This document shows positions 1 to 8,713 of a stretch of DNA of 64,000 bases, in pieces. Position 1 is the first letter of the stretch; each line of letters opens with the position of its first letter. The stretch is from a virus (Duplodnaviria > Caudoviricetes), in IMG/VR virus record IMGVR_UViG_3300047160_031539, positions 9,633 to 73,632 of that record; one strand, 5' to 3'. The notes beneath the pieces were generated by a model. That model was given only the letters and a program-made list of their open reading frames with translations. It did not search any database and had not been told where the DNA came from. The position numbers were made by a program, and so were the translations under genes.

Positions 1-104
1 TCCGAAAGGTGAACGACCAGGCCGCCCACCGTGTCGCAGGGGCAACCGCAAAAGACACAGTCCCACACGCCCTGGCTGACGCCGTGGCTGACGCCGTGGC
101 TCAC
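1..104 (-). CDS. Hypothetical Cys/His-rich protein, 5' part only (runs off the window edge)
   Basis: GTG overlaps the TGA of the Prim-Pol gene (GTGA). Reads VSHGVSHGVSQGVWDCVFCGCPCDTVGGLVVHLS with no stop before position 1. Confidence 0.35.
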   Translation of the reverse strand, partial: MSHGVSHGVSQGVWDCVFCGCPCDTVGGLVVHLS

Positions 105-1036
105 GGGAGCCCCCCGAGGAGCCAGCCCCGGGGCTTGCCGAAGGGCACCCGGTCGGCCTCCTGGCACTTGTGCCAGAGTTCCTTCTCCGACCAAGGGGGC
201 TGGCACCGAGGATTGTAGTAAACGGCCAGCACGCTGAAGGCGTCCTCGGCCCCCAGGTCGAAACCGTAGGCCACCGCCCGGGCCACGTACATCGTGACCG
301 AGTGGCCCCCCTGACCGCTGACCGCCGGCCGGCAGGCGTTCACGTAAGCAATCGCCCGCTTGAGCCGGGCGGCCGGGGTATCCGGCAGGTCCGGTGGCCG
401 CCGCGGCACGGCCACCGTCACCTCCGGCGGCCGCAGCCACGACAGGAGCCAGCCAGGAGCCTCCGGGAGGGGGTGGTCCCACGGGGCCCTCTCCCAGGCG
501 TAGGGGCCCTTGCCGTTGACGCTGGGAGGCGCCACCACGTAGCCGCCCCGCCCACGAACGTCGATCGGCAGACGACGGTGGTTCTTGCGGTTAGTGACCT
601 CCAGAACTAGGGGCCAGCGGAAATACCAGTGCTCGCCCCCTGAGCCCGTCCGGGCCAGTGGGCCCTCGGGCAAGAGCCCCCACCGCACCTGCAGACCCAT
701 GAGGGCGTGCACCCCCTCCCCACCGTCGGGCCCCAGGACCCACAGGCCCGAGGCCGGCCCCGTGGCAACGCCCACGTTCGCCCCCGGCCAGCGCCGCCAC
801 CAGTGACGCACCACGAACGGGTCGCTCGTGGCATCCAGGACCCCGTGCTCCGTCCGGGGATGCTTGCCGGCCGAACGGCCACAGGCCTTGCCGCACGAAC
901 AGCGGCCCTCAGCGACCGAGTGCAAGGGCAGAATCTGCCAGCCCAGGCCGGCCAGGGCCAACGCCGCCTCACCCCTCAGGTGGCGCAATTGCGCCACCTG
1001 AGAGGCTTCCGCAGGTTCCTGAATCTCAGACGGCAT
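101..1036 (-). CDS. Bifunctional DNA primase/polymerase (Prim-Pol) domain protein
   Basis: Motifs AALALAGLGWQILPL, GKHP...HGVLDATSD, NVGVATGPASGLWVLGPD, TGSGGEHWYF and IDVRGRGGYVVAPPS. Start is ATG 1036 or GTG 1045. Confidence 0.9.
   Translation of the reverse strand: MPSEIQEPAEASQVAQLRHLRGEAALALAGLGWQILPLHSVAEGRCSCGKACGRSAGKHPRTEHGVLDATSDPFVVRHWWRRWPGANVGVATGPASGLWVLGPDGGEGVHALMGLQVRWGLLPEGPLARTGSGGEHWYFRWPLVLEVTNRKNHRRLPIDVRGRGGYVVAPPSVNGKGPYAWERAPWDHPLPEAPGWLLSWLRPPEVTVAVPRRPPDLPDTPAARLKRAIAYVNACRPAVSGQGGHSVTMYVARAVAYGFDLGAEDAFSVLAVYYNPRCQPPWSEKELWHKCQEADRVPFGKPRGWLLGGLP
977..1000. repeat. 24-bp palindrome, copy 1 (perfect)
   Basis: CAGGTGGCGCAATTGCGCCACCTG inside the 5' end of the Prim-Pol ORF (encodes QVAQLRHL). 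Confidence 0.95.
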
Positions 1037-2642
1037 GGGGCACACTCAGGTATTGGGGGTAAAGCTGCCGGACGAGCTTCTTCCAGTCCTTGCCAGACGG
1101 GACGTGCCGCAAGAGGTCGGAGGGCCACTCGCCCGTCTTCTCGCGGAAGCGGTGGGCCGCCCACCCCGCCGCACGGCCCAGGGCGGCCGCCTGCCCCAGG
1201 CAGGAGTCCCACAACTTTTGTTGTAACTCCAGGGCCACCGAGCCCCGGAAGGGCCCACCGTCACGCTCCTGATGCACCAGGAGCCCCGGTTTGATTCTAA
1301 CGGGCGGCCGCAGGCGGTGGGGCAGGACGTGCCCACAGGTCGGGCACTCGATCGAGCCCTGGAACATACGCCCGCACTTGGGACAGACGACCGGCCGCCG
1401 GGCCTTCTTGGCCTGGGCGTGCCGCCTGTCCACCGTGTCGGCCGCGTCCAGGGTCCACTCCACGTCGTCGTCGGGCCAGCCGTGGTCCCAGACCGCCCCG
1501 GCGTGGTCGAGCAGGTAGGCCACCCCCTTGCCGCCGAAGGGACGCATGATCCGCCCGCACGCCTGGGCGAACAGGACCCGGCTGCCACACCTCCGCAAGA
1601 GGATGCAGGCCGCCAGGCACGGCACGTCCACGCCCTCGACCATCAGGCCGACCTGGCAGATCACCAGGGTCAGGCCCCGCTCGACGTTCCGGACGATCTC
1701 GTCCCGGGCAAAGTCGGTGGTGTTGGCGTCCATGTACTCGGCCGAGATCCCCGCGGCCAGGAACTCCCGGCAGGCGTCCCGTGCCTGGGCCCTCTTGCCG
1801 GCGAACAGGACCGTCGGCAGGCCGGCGGCGTGCTGCTTCCAGGTCGAGACCGGGTCGGCCGTCAACCCCCGCGGCCGCCGGCCGTAACGGGACTGCTTCT
1901 GCCCTTCGGGGGCGTAGCACTCCACCGCCACCAGGTGGCCGTCGGCAATCAGCCGCCCCATCGAACAGGTACACTCGATGGCGTGCCAGAAGTCGCCCAG
2001 CCCCGCCCCGTCCGGCCGGGCCGGAGTGGCCGTCAGCCCGACCACCGCCGCCTGGGGGTAGTGGGCCAGGATCTGCTGGTAGACGTCCAGGCTCCCGTCC
2101 TCGCCCTGGATCGGGTCGAGGTTGTGACACTCATCAGGGATCACCAGGTCGGCCGGCGGGAAACCCACCCAGTCGTTGTTAAGGCTGCGTGAGAGCAGGG
2201 TGTCCCGGCTGGCCACCTGCACCGGCGCCGCGGGGTCACCCCGGACGCCGGCCATCAGGACCCCCGAGGGAATCCCCCAGTCGTCGAACGTGGCCGCCGC
2301 CTGGTCGATCAACCGGCGGCGGTGGGCCAGGAAGAGCACCCGCTTGCCCTTGGCCACCGAGCGGCGGACGATCTCGGCGGCACAGCAGGTCTTGCCCGCC
2401 CCCGTGGGGGCCTGCAGGATGACCCGCCTGGCCCCCTGCACCAGCCGGGAACGTACCCGCTCGACCACGTCCACCTGGTAATCCCGCAAGACCGGCAAGC
2501 CCCGGGGAACCGCAGGAATCGCGGGGGTCTCGGGAATCGCGGGGGTCTCGGGAATCGCGACAGTCTCGGGCGCCGCTACAGGGATTTCCATCCCGTCCGG
2601 CGAGCAGATGAAGGAAAAGAGTTCGCCCTGTTTCATCATCAC
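1026..2642 (-). CDS. SF2 DEAD/DEAH-box helicase with C-terminal Zn ribbon
   Basis: LRDYQ, APTGAGKT (Walker A), DECH, GLTATP, EGVDVP, QACGRIMR, then CPKC...CPTC. Confidence 0.92.
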   Translation of the reverse strand: MMMKQGELFSFICSPDGMEIPVAAPETVAIPETPAIPETPAIPAVPRGLPVLRDYQVDVVERVRSRLVQGARRVILQAPTGAGKTCCAAEIVRRSVAKGKRVLFLAHRRRLIDQAAATFDDWGIPSGVLMAGVRGDPAAPVQVASRDTLLSRSLNNDWVGFPPADLVIPDECHNLDPIQGEDGSLDVYQQILAHYPQAAVVGLTATPARPDGAGLGDFWHAIECTCSMGRLIADGHLVAVECYAPEGQKQSRYGRRPRGLTADPVSTWKQHAAGLPTVLFAGKRAQARDACREFLAAGISAEYMDANTTDFARDEIVRNVERGLTLVICQVGLMVEGVDVPCLAACILLRRCGSRVLFAQACGRIMRPFGGKGVAYLLDHAGAVWDHGWPDDDVEWTLDAADTVDRRHAQAKKARRPVVCPKCGRMFQGSIECPTCGHVLPHRLRPPVRIKPGLLVHQERDGGPFRGSVALELQQKLWDSCLGQAAALGRAAGWAAHRFREKTGEWPSDLLRHVPSGKDWKKLVRQLYPQYLSVPHAV

Positions 2643-3559
2643 AGCTTGCCCTCCGCCTTCAGCTCCTCGTGGCGGTTAAGCGGCATGTGCCCCTGGCCCA
2701 GGCAGTTGTCACAGCCCTGGCCGTGACACCACTCGCAGACCAGGTCCGCCTGGCCGTGCTTCAAAACCTCCAACAGCACCTCGGCCTCCTGCTGCATCCG
2801 GTCCAGGTGGTTCTCCAGATCGACGTGCCTCATGAAGAGGAAGGACTTGAGCCGCTTGCGGATGTCGTTGAGGTAACGCCTCTTGCCCATCTCCGCGATC
2901 AGGCCCTCGCACCAGGCGACGGCCTCCGGAATCGCCCGGTCGCTGAAAACGTCGATCAGCCCGGCCGGCACGACGGTGCCGTGGGCGTCCTTGAGTACCG
3001 CCGGGTTGCCATTGTCCTCGGCCTTCTCCGGCTTGCCGTTGGCGGCGGCCGGCTTGCGGCTCCTCGCGCCCTTCTTTTGCGTCTTGCCGTCCCGGCCGAC
3101 CCTCTCCTCCTGGGGAGACAGGTTCCCCGTCTCCTCGAGCTTCTGGCGGACCCGGCCGACCGCCCGCCGGCTGGCCCCCGTCTTCTTGGCCACCTTGCGG
3201 TCGGACTCCTGCGGGAAGAGGCTCAAGTAGGTCGCCACCGTCTCCTTGATCTGGTCCCGGTCGAGGTGCCGGCGGCCGAAATTCAACTCGAAGCACAGCC
3301 GGCGGGCGTCGTCCTCGTCCTTGCAGGTGATGTGCTCGAAGGTAACGTTGCGATCGGACAGGCCAAGCTCCGCCGCGATCTCAAGCCTGTTCATCCCGTC
3401 AATGATGTTGTTGTGCTGATCGACCAGGATGGGGTAATAGACCTTCCCGGCCCTCTGGATGGCCTCCAGGAGCCTCTGGCGGTCCTCCAGGTTGGGGCCC
3501 GGGATGTCGTCGTACCAGGGCAGGTTGTAGGTTCTTCGCGCGAAGGTAACGTGTCGCAA
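2639..3559 (-). CDS. ParB-like N-terminal domain plus HTH protein
   Basis: LLEAIQRAGKVYYPILVDQHNNIIDGMNRLEIAAELG, then HTH SDRKVAKKTGASRRAVGRVR. AAGGAGG RBS precedes a TTG start. Confidence 0.75.
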   Translation of the reverse strand: MRHVTFARRTYNLPWYDDIPGPNLEDRQRLLEAIQRAGKVYYPILVDQHNNIIDGMNRLEIAAELGLSDRNVTFEHITCKDEDDARRLCFELNFGRRHLDRDQIKETVATYLSLFPQESDRKVAKKTGASRRAVGRVRQKLEETGNLSPQEERVGRDGKTQKKGARSRKPAAANGKPEKAEDNGNPAVLKDAHGTVVPAGLIDVFSDRAIPEAVAWCEGLIAEMGKRRYLNDIRKRLKSFLFMRHVDLENHLDRMQQEAEVLLEVLKHGQADLVCEWCHGQGCDNCLGQGHMPLNRHEELKAEGKL

Positions 3560-3670
3560 GGCAAACCTCCTTAAATGCCGGCCCGCCGCCGCCCCCTGGC
3601 GGTGAGCCGGGGCAACGGGTCTGTGCGTCCGTTCCCCCGACACAGGGGACGGCGGGCGGGTCCGGCAAGA

Positions 3671-3749
3671 CAGTAGGGCGAACGTCAGTGGGGCGAACGT
3701 CAGTGGGGCGAACGTCAGTGGGGCGAACGTCAGTGGGGCGAACGTCAGT
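3671..3749. repeat. Intergenic tandem array of 5 x 15-bp direct repeats
   Basis: CAGT(A/G)GGGCGAACGT at 3671, 3686, 3701, 3716 and 3731, plus a partial CAGT. Confidence 0.95.
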
Positions 3750-4569
3750 TCTGGCTCGGCACGGGCTCGGGGAACGACTCCAGGTGCGTCATGACCCTCT
3801 TATATCCCGCCAGGCTCAGGGAGGCGGGGGTGGCGTCCTCAGCCAGGGCCAGGTGCGAGCGGACGACCTCCCACTTCCAGCCGAGGAGCTTCAGGCGGTC
3901 GTTGACGCGGGCGGTCTTGTTCTGGGCGATAAACTCCTTGGGGGAGATGTTCCTCTTGGAGGCCAAGAGGAGCGAGCCGGGGGCGAAAATCCCCTCGGCC
4001 GACCAGGCGGCGTCCAACTCCTCCAGGGTGGGCTTGCGTACCCCCGAGCCCTGCCTGGGGGCCTCCTGCCTGGGGGCCTCCTGCCTGGGGGCCTCCTGCC
4101 TGGGGGCCCCCTGTTTAGGCCTGGGCAGGGCGGAAGCCGGCAGGGTCGGCAGGCGGGTGAACTGCCGCTTCTGCGGGTCGTAATCGCACCACGCCTGCGG
4201 CAGCCGGTACAGGTAGCGGCCGATGCCGAACTTGACCGCTGTACGCTTCAGGGCGTCACTAAAGGCGGCCTTGCGGCGGTCCCCCTCGTCGGGCTGCTCA
4301 GACGGGCCGCCCACGTCCGTCTTGGTAATCCACTCCTCCCCCAGCCGCAGCCGCAAGCGGCAGATCACCGAGCCGTCCGACAGGCACTGGTACTCGTCCT
4401 GCCAGCCGGTCACGCCCATCACGTCGTCCAGCCGGTCCTGGATCACCCGGGCGTCCACGTAGGGCAAAGCCAGGGCACGGTTGCCCGAGACGACAGCCGG
4501 CTTGAACTTCACCTCCTTGGGGTTGAACGGCTCCGCCAGCATCTCCTGCAGTTCCTCAACGGTCGGCAC
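3745..4569 (-). CDS. Rad52/Rad22-family (Sak-like) single-strand annealing protein
   Basis: PYVDARVIQDRLDDVMGVTGWQ and KAAFSDALKRTAVKFGIGRYLY. Contains a 4 x 15-bp in-frame repeat (4050-4109, QEAPR-type). Confidence 0.9.
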   Translation of the reverse strand: MPTVEELQEMLAEPFNPKEVKFKPAVVSGNRALALPYVDARVIQDRLDDVMGVTGWQDEYQCLSDGSVICRLRLRLGEEWITKTDVGGPSEQPDEGDRRKAAFSDALKRTAVKFGIGRYLYRLPQAWCDYDPQKRQFTRLPTLPASALPRPKQGAPRQEAPRQEAPRQEAPRQGSGVRKPTLEELDAAWSAEGIFAPGSLLLASKRNISPKEFIAQNKTARVNDRLKLLGWKWEVVRSHLALAEDATPASLSLAGYKRVMTHLESFPEPVPSQN

Positions 4570-4572
4570 GGC

Positions 4573-4785
4573 TCACCCCCTCGCCTTCAGGGCCGCGAAC
4601 TCTTCCGCAATCAGGTCGTGGTCGGGGTTCTCGCCCAGGACCCACGACAGGAGACTGATGGAAGCGACAAGCACCTCATGGGCCACACTCGGGCAACCGA
4701 CCACCAGCCCGCCACAGGCAGGGCAAAGACACGAAGAGGCCAGCATCGCGTCACGGTGGGCACGAATCTCGCGTTCGTCTTTCAA
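4573..4785 (-). CDS. Hypothetical protein
   Basis: 70-aa ORF packed between neighbours; CLCPAC motif. Confidence 0.55.
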   Translation of the reverse strand: MKDEREIRAHRDAMLASSCLCPACGGLVVGCPSVAHEVLVASISLLSWVLGENPDHDLIAEEFAALKARG

Positions 4786-5141
4786 GGCAAACTCCTCCAG
4801 TCGTTAACCCGGGCGATCAGGTCGTCCAGCGAGCGGACGACACAGGACAGGCCGCCCAGGCGGTTTACAAGCTCCAGGAACGTGTACTGGGCCTCGGTCG
4901 GGTTGTTGCCGGGCCGCTTGATCTCAATCGCCACCAGGCGGCCCCGGGGGGCCATGACCCCCAGGATGTCCGAGGAACCCACCAGGCCGGCCCGGACGAA
5001 CCGGGTCTTGCCCCCGAGGGCGTTCGGGATGCGGAAGGCGCCCGTGTTGTTACGCCAGGTGAAGAAGTCCGGCTGCAGGGCCAGGTAATCCAGGCACTGC
5101 CTGAGGATCTCCGCCTCCAGGGGGTGCGGCAACTTGGCCAC
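4782..5141 (-). CDS. VRR-NUC domain nuclease
   Basis: EAEILRQCLDYL...WRNNTG...GSSDILG...AIEIKRPG..PTEAQ..FL. Confidence 0.88.
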   Translation of the reverse strand: MAKLPHPLEAEILRQCLDYLALQPDFFTWRNNTGAFRIPNALGGKTRFVRAGLVGSSDILGVMAPRGRLVAIEIKRPGNNPTEAQYTFLELVNRLGGLSCVVRSLDDLIARVNDWRSLP

Positions 5142-5569
5142 TAGACCATCTCCTTGGGCGGCCGGGGGATCACGCCGGGCGAAGTCGTGGGCCGGGAGTA
5201 CTCCTCGCCCTTGAGTTCCCACTGGGCGGCCACGAAGGCGATCTCAAGGTCGGTCTGGGGCCGCCACAGGTGCAGCGTGTGGTCGTGGACGTTGACGTGC
5301 TCTGCCCGGGGGACCGACAGTTGCATGACGCACTCGTCGTCCCGGAAGAAAAGGGACCGGACGTATTCCATCTCCTCCCACGTCGGGGTCCTGTAAGGCA
5401 GGGAGACGCTGACGTGGTCCCAGCCGCCGCCGTCGGAGGCCTGGACGGTCAGCCAGACCTCCCTGAGCGGCACGCGGAACATGCCGTTGTTGCCGTAGCT
5501 GTCGTCACTGGCCCGGGTGCCGTTGCGCAACCGGTAACGGTTGGCCTTCAGGTTGGGAACGTTCCTCAC
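5141..5569 (-). CDS. Conserved phage hypothetical protein
   Basis: WDHVSVS...RTPTWEEMEYVRSLFF...HVNVHDHTLHLWRP is a common phage small-protein signature. Confidence 0.75.
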   Translation of the reverse strand: MRNVPNLKANRYRLRNGTRASDDSYGNNGMFRVPLREVWLTVQASDGGGWDHVSVSLPYRTPTWEEMEYVRSLFFRDDECVMQLSVPRAEHVNVHDHTLHLWRPQTDLEIAFVAAQWELKGEEYSRPTTSPGVIPRPPKEMV

Positions 5570-5793
5570 AAGTGATCTCCGAAATAGTCCTTGGTGCCGG
5601 TCCCCGGCCTGCGACCAATCGCGCGAACACGGACGCCGTCGGGGACGTGGAACCGGCGAGAAGTAATGTCCTCATAAGACGGCACGATGCCCTGGCACAA
5701 CTCCAGGGCACACTCCACGCAAAGGCACTTGCGGCATGACTCGACCCAGCTGGCCGGCTCGTCCCCGCAGCAGTCACAGGTGACGCTTCTCAC
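5566..5793 (-). CDS. Small Cys-rich hypothetical protein
   Basis: GTGA overlaps on both sides; CDCC...CRKCLCVEC. Confidence 0.55.
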   Translation of the reverse strand: MRSVTCDCCGDEPASWVESCRKCLCVECALELCQGIVPSYEDITSRRFHVPDGVRVRAIGRRPGTGTKDYFGDHL

Positions 5794-7127
5794 GGGTCGA
5801 TCTCCACGCACGGGATGTGGGCGGGGCAGTCCTCCCCGGAACCGCCGACGACGACCGCCAGGACCCGCAGGCCGCGACAGTCTTCGGGGGTCGGCCACTC
5901 GCCCCCCAGGATTCCGTCGGTGATGATGACGACAACGTCCGGCTTCCTCTTGCGGGCGGCCTCCAGGCCGGGGGTCATGAGCGTACCGCCGCCGCCCCGG
6001 TTGAGCCGCTCGATGTCGCGGGCCGAGGTTAAACGCACCTCGGCGTGGACCGCCGCGTCACACGCATACCCCCAACACTGCCCCCCGACAGCCAGGACCA
6101 GGCCCAGCACCTCCGAGAGGGCCTCGTCCTCGGCCGTCCGGCTGTCCGCAATCTGGGCCATCATTGAGCCCGACGTGTCCAGGACGACCGCCACGGTCGG
6201 GACCGGACAGTGGGTCGAGGGGGACAGGGGCCACCCGGGACGACCGGCCGAGTGGAGCGACCGGCGACCGGGCCGCCGCCAGGTCCAGTCGGAGGCCCCC
6301 GCCACACTGGCCAGGGCCTGGCGGGCCAGCCCCCGCAGCCGCCGCCGCCAGTCCACCTTCGGCGGCCGCAGGTGCGACTTGGCCCAGGCCATGAGCCCCG
6401 CCGGGACGGAATCCCGGCCGCGGGCGTGTGCCACGGTCGCCAGGGCCGCCCGCCTGAGGGCGATCTCCCGCTCCAGGGGCCCGACGGGGGGCGGAGTCGT
6501 GATTGGACCGTCAGCTCCTCCGGAAGCGGAACGACCGCTTATCCCCCCGCCGGGCCCCGGGGCGGAATCCCCCTCGCCCTCCACCGGGTTGTTCGCACAT
6601 CCCCCACAGGCCCCGCCACAACCCGGGGCCCACAGGACGCAGCCGGGCTGCACCTTCCCGACCTCGGGGTGCCGGTAGTATTCCTCCGCCGTCAGGCCAC
6701 GGGCCATGCCGATGTCCTCGGGCAGGAGCGGCTGGCCCGGCAGGCCCCAGCCGGCCTGCAGCACGTCGTCGTTGATCTCCCGGTCCTGCGCCGCGTTGGC
6801 GCAGACGGCGTCCATGCCCAGCATCCGCTCGGCGTGCTTGCGGACCAGGTGCCCGATCTCGTGGAAGAGCACCGCCGCGACCCCGTCATGGCCGGCGTCC
6901 TTCTTGCCGGCCAGGCGGTCCAGCTTGCCCACCTGCTCCTCCCGATACCAGGCCAGCACCGTCTCCGGGTCGTAGTAGAGCCTCCAGCCCCCATCGACGG
7001 CCAAGGTTCTCAGGCCAGGCTTGGAGACCATCCGCACCTGCCACAGGACCGCCCCCAGGTAGGGGTGGCGGCCGTAGACCCGCATCCGGGCAGCCGCCAC
7101 CACGTCTTCGGCCCTCACCTCACTCAT
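5790..7127 (-). CDS. Metallopeptidase-like (HExxH) plus vWA domain protein (DUF2201-like)
   Basis: TLAVDG..RLYYDPE, VLFHEIGHLVRKH, VAVVLDTSGSM (MIDAS), GGGGT, IIITDG. Confidence 0.88.
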   Translation of the reverse strand: MSEVRAEDVVAAARMRVYGRHPYLGAVLWQVRMVSKPGLRTLAVDGGWRLYYDPETVLAWYREEQVGKLDRLAGKKDAGHDGVAAVLFHEIGHLVRKHAERMLGMDAVCANAAQDREINDDVLQAGWGLPGQPLLPEDIGMARGLTAEEYYRHPEVGKVQPGCVLWAPGCGGACGGCANNPVEGEGDSAPGPGGGISGRSASGGADGPITTPPPVGPLEREIALRRAALATVAHARGRDSVPAGLMAWAKSHLRPPKVDWRRRLRGLARQALASVAGASDWTWRRPGRRSLHSAGRPGWPLSPSTHCPVPTVAVVLDTSGSMMAQIADSRTAEDEALSEVLGLVLAVGGQCWGYACDAAVHAEVRLTSARDIERLNRGGGGTLMTPGLEAARKRKPDVVVIITDGILGGEWPTPEDCRGLRVLAVVVGGSGEDCPAHIPCVEIDP

Positions 7128-7377
7128 GGGCACCCTCCATCCCCGCCAGGGCTTGATCGACCTCCGACGACATCAGAAGCCTCATCTTCTCGTAAGCGGG
7201 ACAGTTCTCCGTCTGCAGCCAGACGATCTTCCCCCGGCCACCACGCAGGGCCACGGCCGTGGGAAGTCTGCCCTGGTCCAGGAGCCGCCGAAGTGTCAGA
7301 AGCTCATGGCGGCTCAGCTGGGGCACGGCCTGGTGCCGCCAGTTCTCCAGCCACTCCGAAAAATCAAAATCGCTCAT
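7120..7377 (-). CDS. Hypothetical protein
   Basis: GGAGG RBS plus ATG directly after palindrome 2. Confidence 0.65.
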   Translation of the reverse strand: MSDFDFSEWLENWRHQAVPQLSRHELLTLRRLLDQGRLPTAVALRGGRGKIVWLQTENCPAYEKMRLLMSSEVDQALAGMEGAHE

Positions 7378-7393
7378 CGGTCCCTCCGGTCCC

Positions 7394-7417
7394 CAGGTGG
7401 CGCAATTGCGCCACCTG
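7394..7417. repeat. 24-bp palindrome, copy 2 (perfect)
   Basis: 5 nt after the stop at 7423, just before the RBS of the 7377 gene. Confidence 0.95.
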
Positions 7418-7422
7418 GCTGC

Positions 7423-7731
7423 TCAACAGTTCAGCCCCTCGGCAATAACCTCCATCACCTCCCGCTCCGTCAGCCGCTTGTTGTGCAGGGTGGTCACGGG
7501 AAGGTAGCGGTGATGGGAGACTTTCAACTGCTCAGGGCTCAGGGGCCCCGCCTCCTCGCCGTCCCGAACCCAGACGTAGTGCCCACGCTTGGTACGGTGC
7601 GGCCTGTAGCGGACCACCACCCAGCACATCACCCAGCGGCGTCGGTACTTGCGCATGTTCCCAAAGAGCCTCGTGAAGAAGTAATGGTCCCAGTCCAGCC
7701 TCTTAGCCCAGCGGCGTGACCAGCGAAACAT
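7423..7731 (-). CDS. Hypothetical protein
   Basis: 102-aa ORF in the operon frame. Confidence 0.55.
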   Translation of the reverse strand: MFRWSRRWAKRLDWDHYFFTRLFGNMRKYRRRWVMCWVVVRYRPHRTKRGHYVWVRDGEEAGPLSPEQLKVSHHRYLPVTTLHNKRLTEREVMEVIAEGLNC

Positions 7732-8191
7732 GGTTGGGCCCCAGGCTTTCGAGCTTGTCCATCTCGGCCTCCAGGGCGGCCCTGGCCTCGGGCATCGGGG
7801 CCTGGCGCAGGGCCAGTTCCCGGTTCACCTCGGCCAGGAGCAACGGCCAGAACTCCTGCCGCGGCGTCTCGTCGAAGGCGAAGAGGAAATGCCGGCAGCC
7901 GGCCGGCTCGCCGAGGCGGCCGTCCGCCTCGAAGCAGGCCGTGGCGAAATACTCTTCCACCTCGCCGACCGTCCCCAGGCCGTCCCCCCGCCAGCCGCAG
8001 TAGCCGACCGCACAGGCGGCCTCGGGCGGCCACCGCTCGTCCTCGACACACTGAAGCGCCTGTGGGTCCGTCGTCACCCCCTGCACCAGCCGCGGGTCGT
8101 CCCGGAGCAGGGCCTCCCGCAGGGCCCGGAGGCCCGGCGTACTGATCCCGGGCACGAACCCGTCCCGCCAACACTTACGCCACGACTCCAT
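7703..8191 (-). CDS. Conserved hypothetical protein resembling a Gemmataceae/Planctomycete family
   Basis: MESWRKCWRDG...GLRALREALLRDDPRLVQG.TT.P...EAACAVGYCGW..DGL.TVGEVEEYF, recognised from memory of planctomycete proteins. Confidence 0.7.
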   Translation of the reverse strand: MESWRKCWRDGFVPGISTPGLRALREALLRDDPRLVQGVTTDPQALQCVEDERWPPEAACAVGYCGWRGDGLGTVGEVEEYFATACFEADGRLGEPAGCRHFLFAFDETPRQEFWPLLLAEVNRELALRQAPMPEARAALEAEMDKLESLGPNHVSLVTPLG

Positions 8192-8711
8192 CGCAAACCT
8201 CCTTCTTCAGGGCAAACGAAGTCATGGCGGCGTTCAGGCCGGCCGACAGGGCCAGCTTGACCGCCTCGACCCCGTCGGCCACGTCCCGGGTAATCCCCCA
8301 GCCGAGGGCACACTCCTCGGCCGCCAGGCACTCCCTCCTCGCCTTGGCCAGGACCGCCCGCCAGCGGCGGTAGGCCTTCTCCTGGCCGGAGTCCCACTCG
8401 GCGTCGGCCAGGAGGACGCGGCATTTAAGGTTCAACTCGGAGACCTTGGCCAGGGTTTGGCCCATCTGTTTCTGGATGGACAGCCTGACACCGGCCACCA
8501 CCGTCTCCCAGGACGACTCGTGAACGTCGATGATCCAGACGATGGCCCCCAGGGTCCTCAGACGCTCAACGCGGGCCAGGGGCACCGTGCCGGGCGGGAA
8601 AAAGTAGCCACTCTGATTGAGGGCCCTGCCGAACCGGCGGAAGTAGGCCGCCGGGTTCGGGATCTTCAGGGCCTCGGGCAGGTCGTAGATGACGAGCACC
8701 GGCCGCGGCAT
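8175..8711 (-). CDS. Hypothetical protein
   Basis: 178-aa ORF; ATG 2 nt after the AAA gene stop. Confidence 0.65.
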   Translation of the reverse strand: MPRPVLVIYDLPEALKIPNPAAYFRRFGRALNQSGYFFPPGTVPLARVERLRTLGAIVWIIDVHESSWETVVAGVRLSIQKQMGQTLAKVSELNLKCRVLLADAEWDSGQEKAYRRWRAVLAKARRECLAAEECALGWGITRDVADGVEAVKLALSAGLNAAMTSFALKKEVCDGVVA

Positions 8712-8713
8712 GG

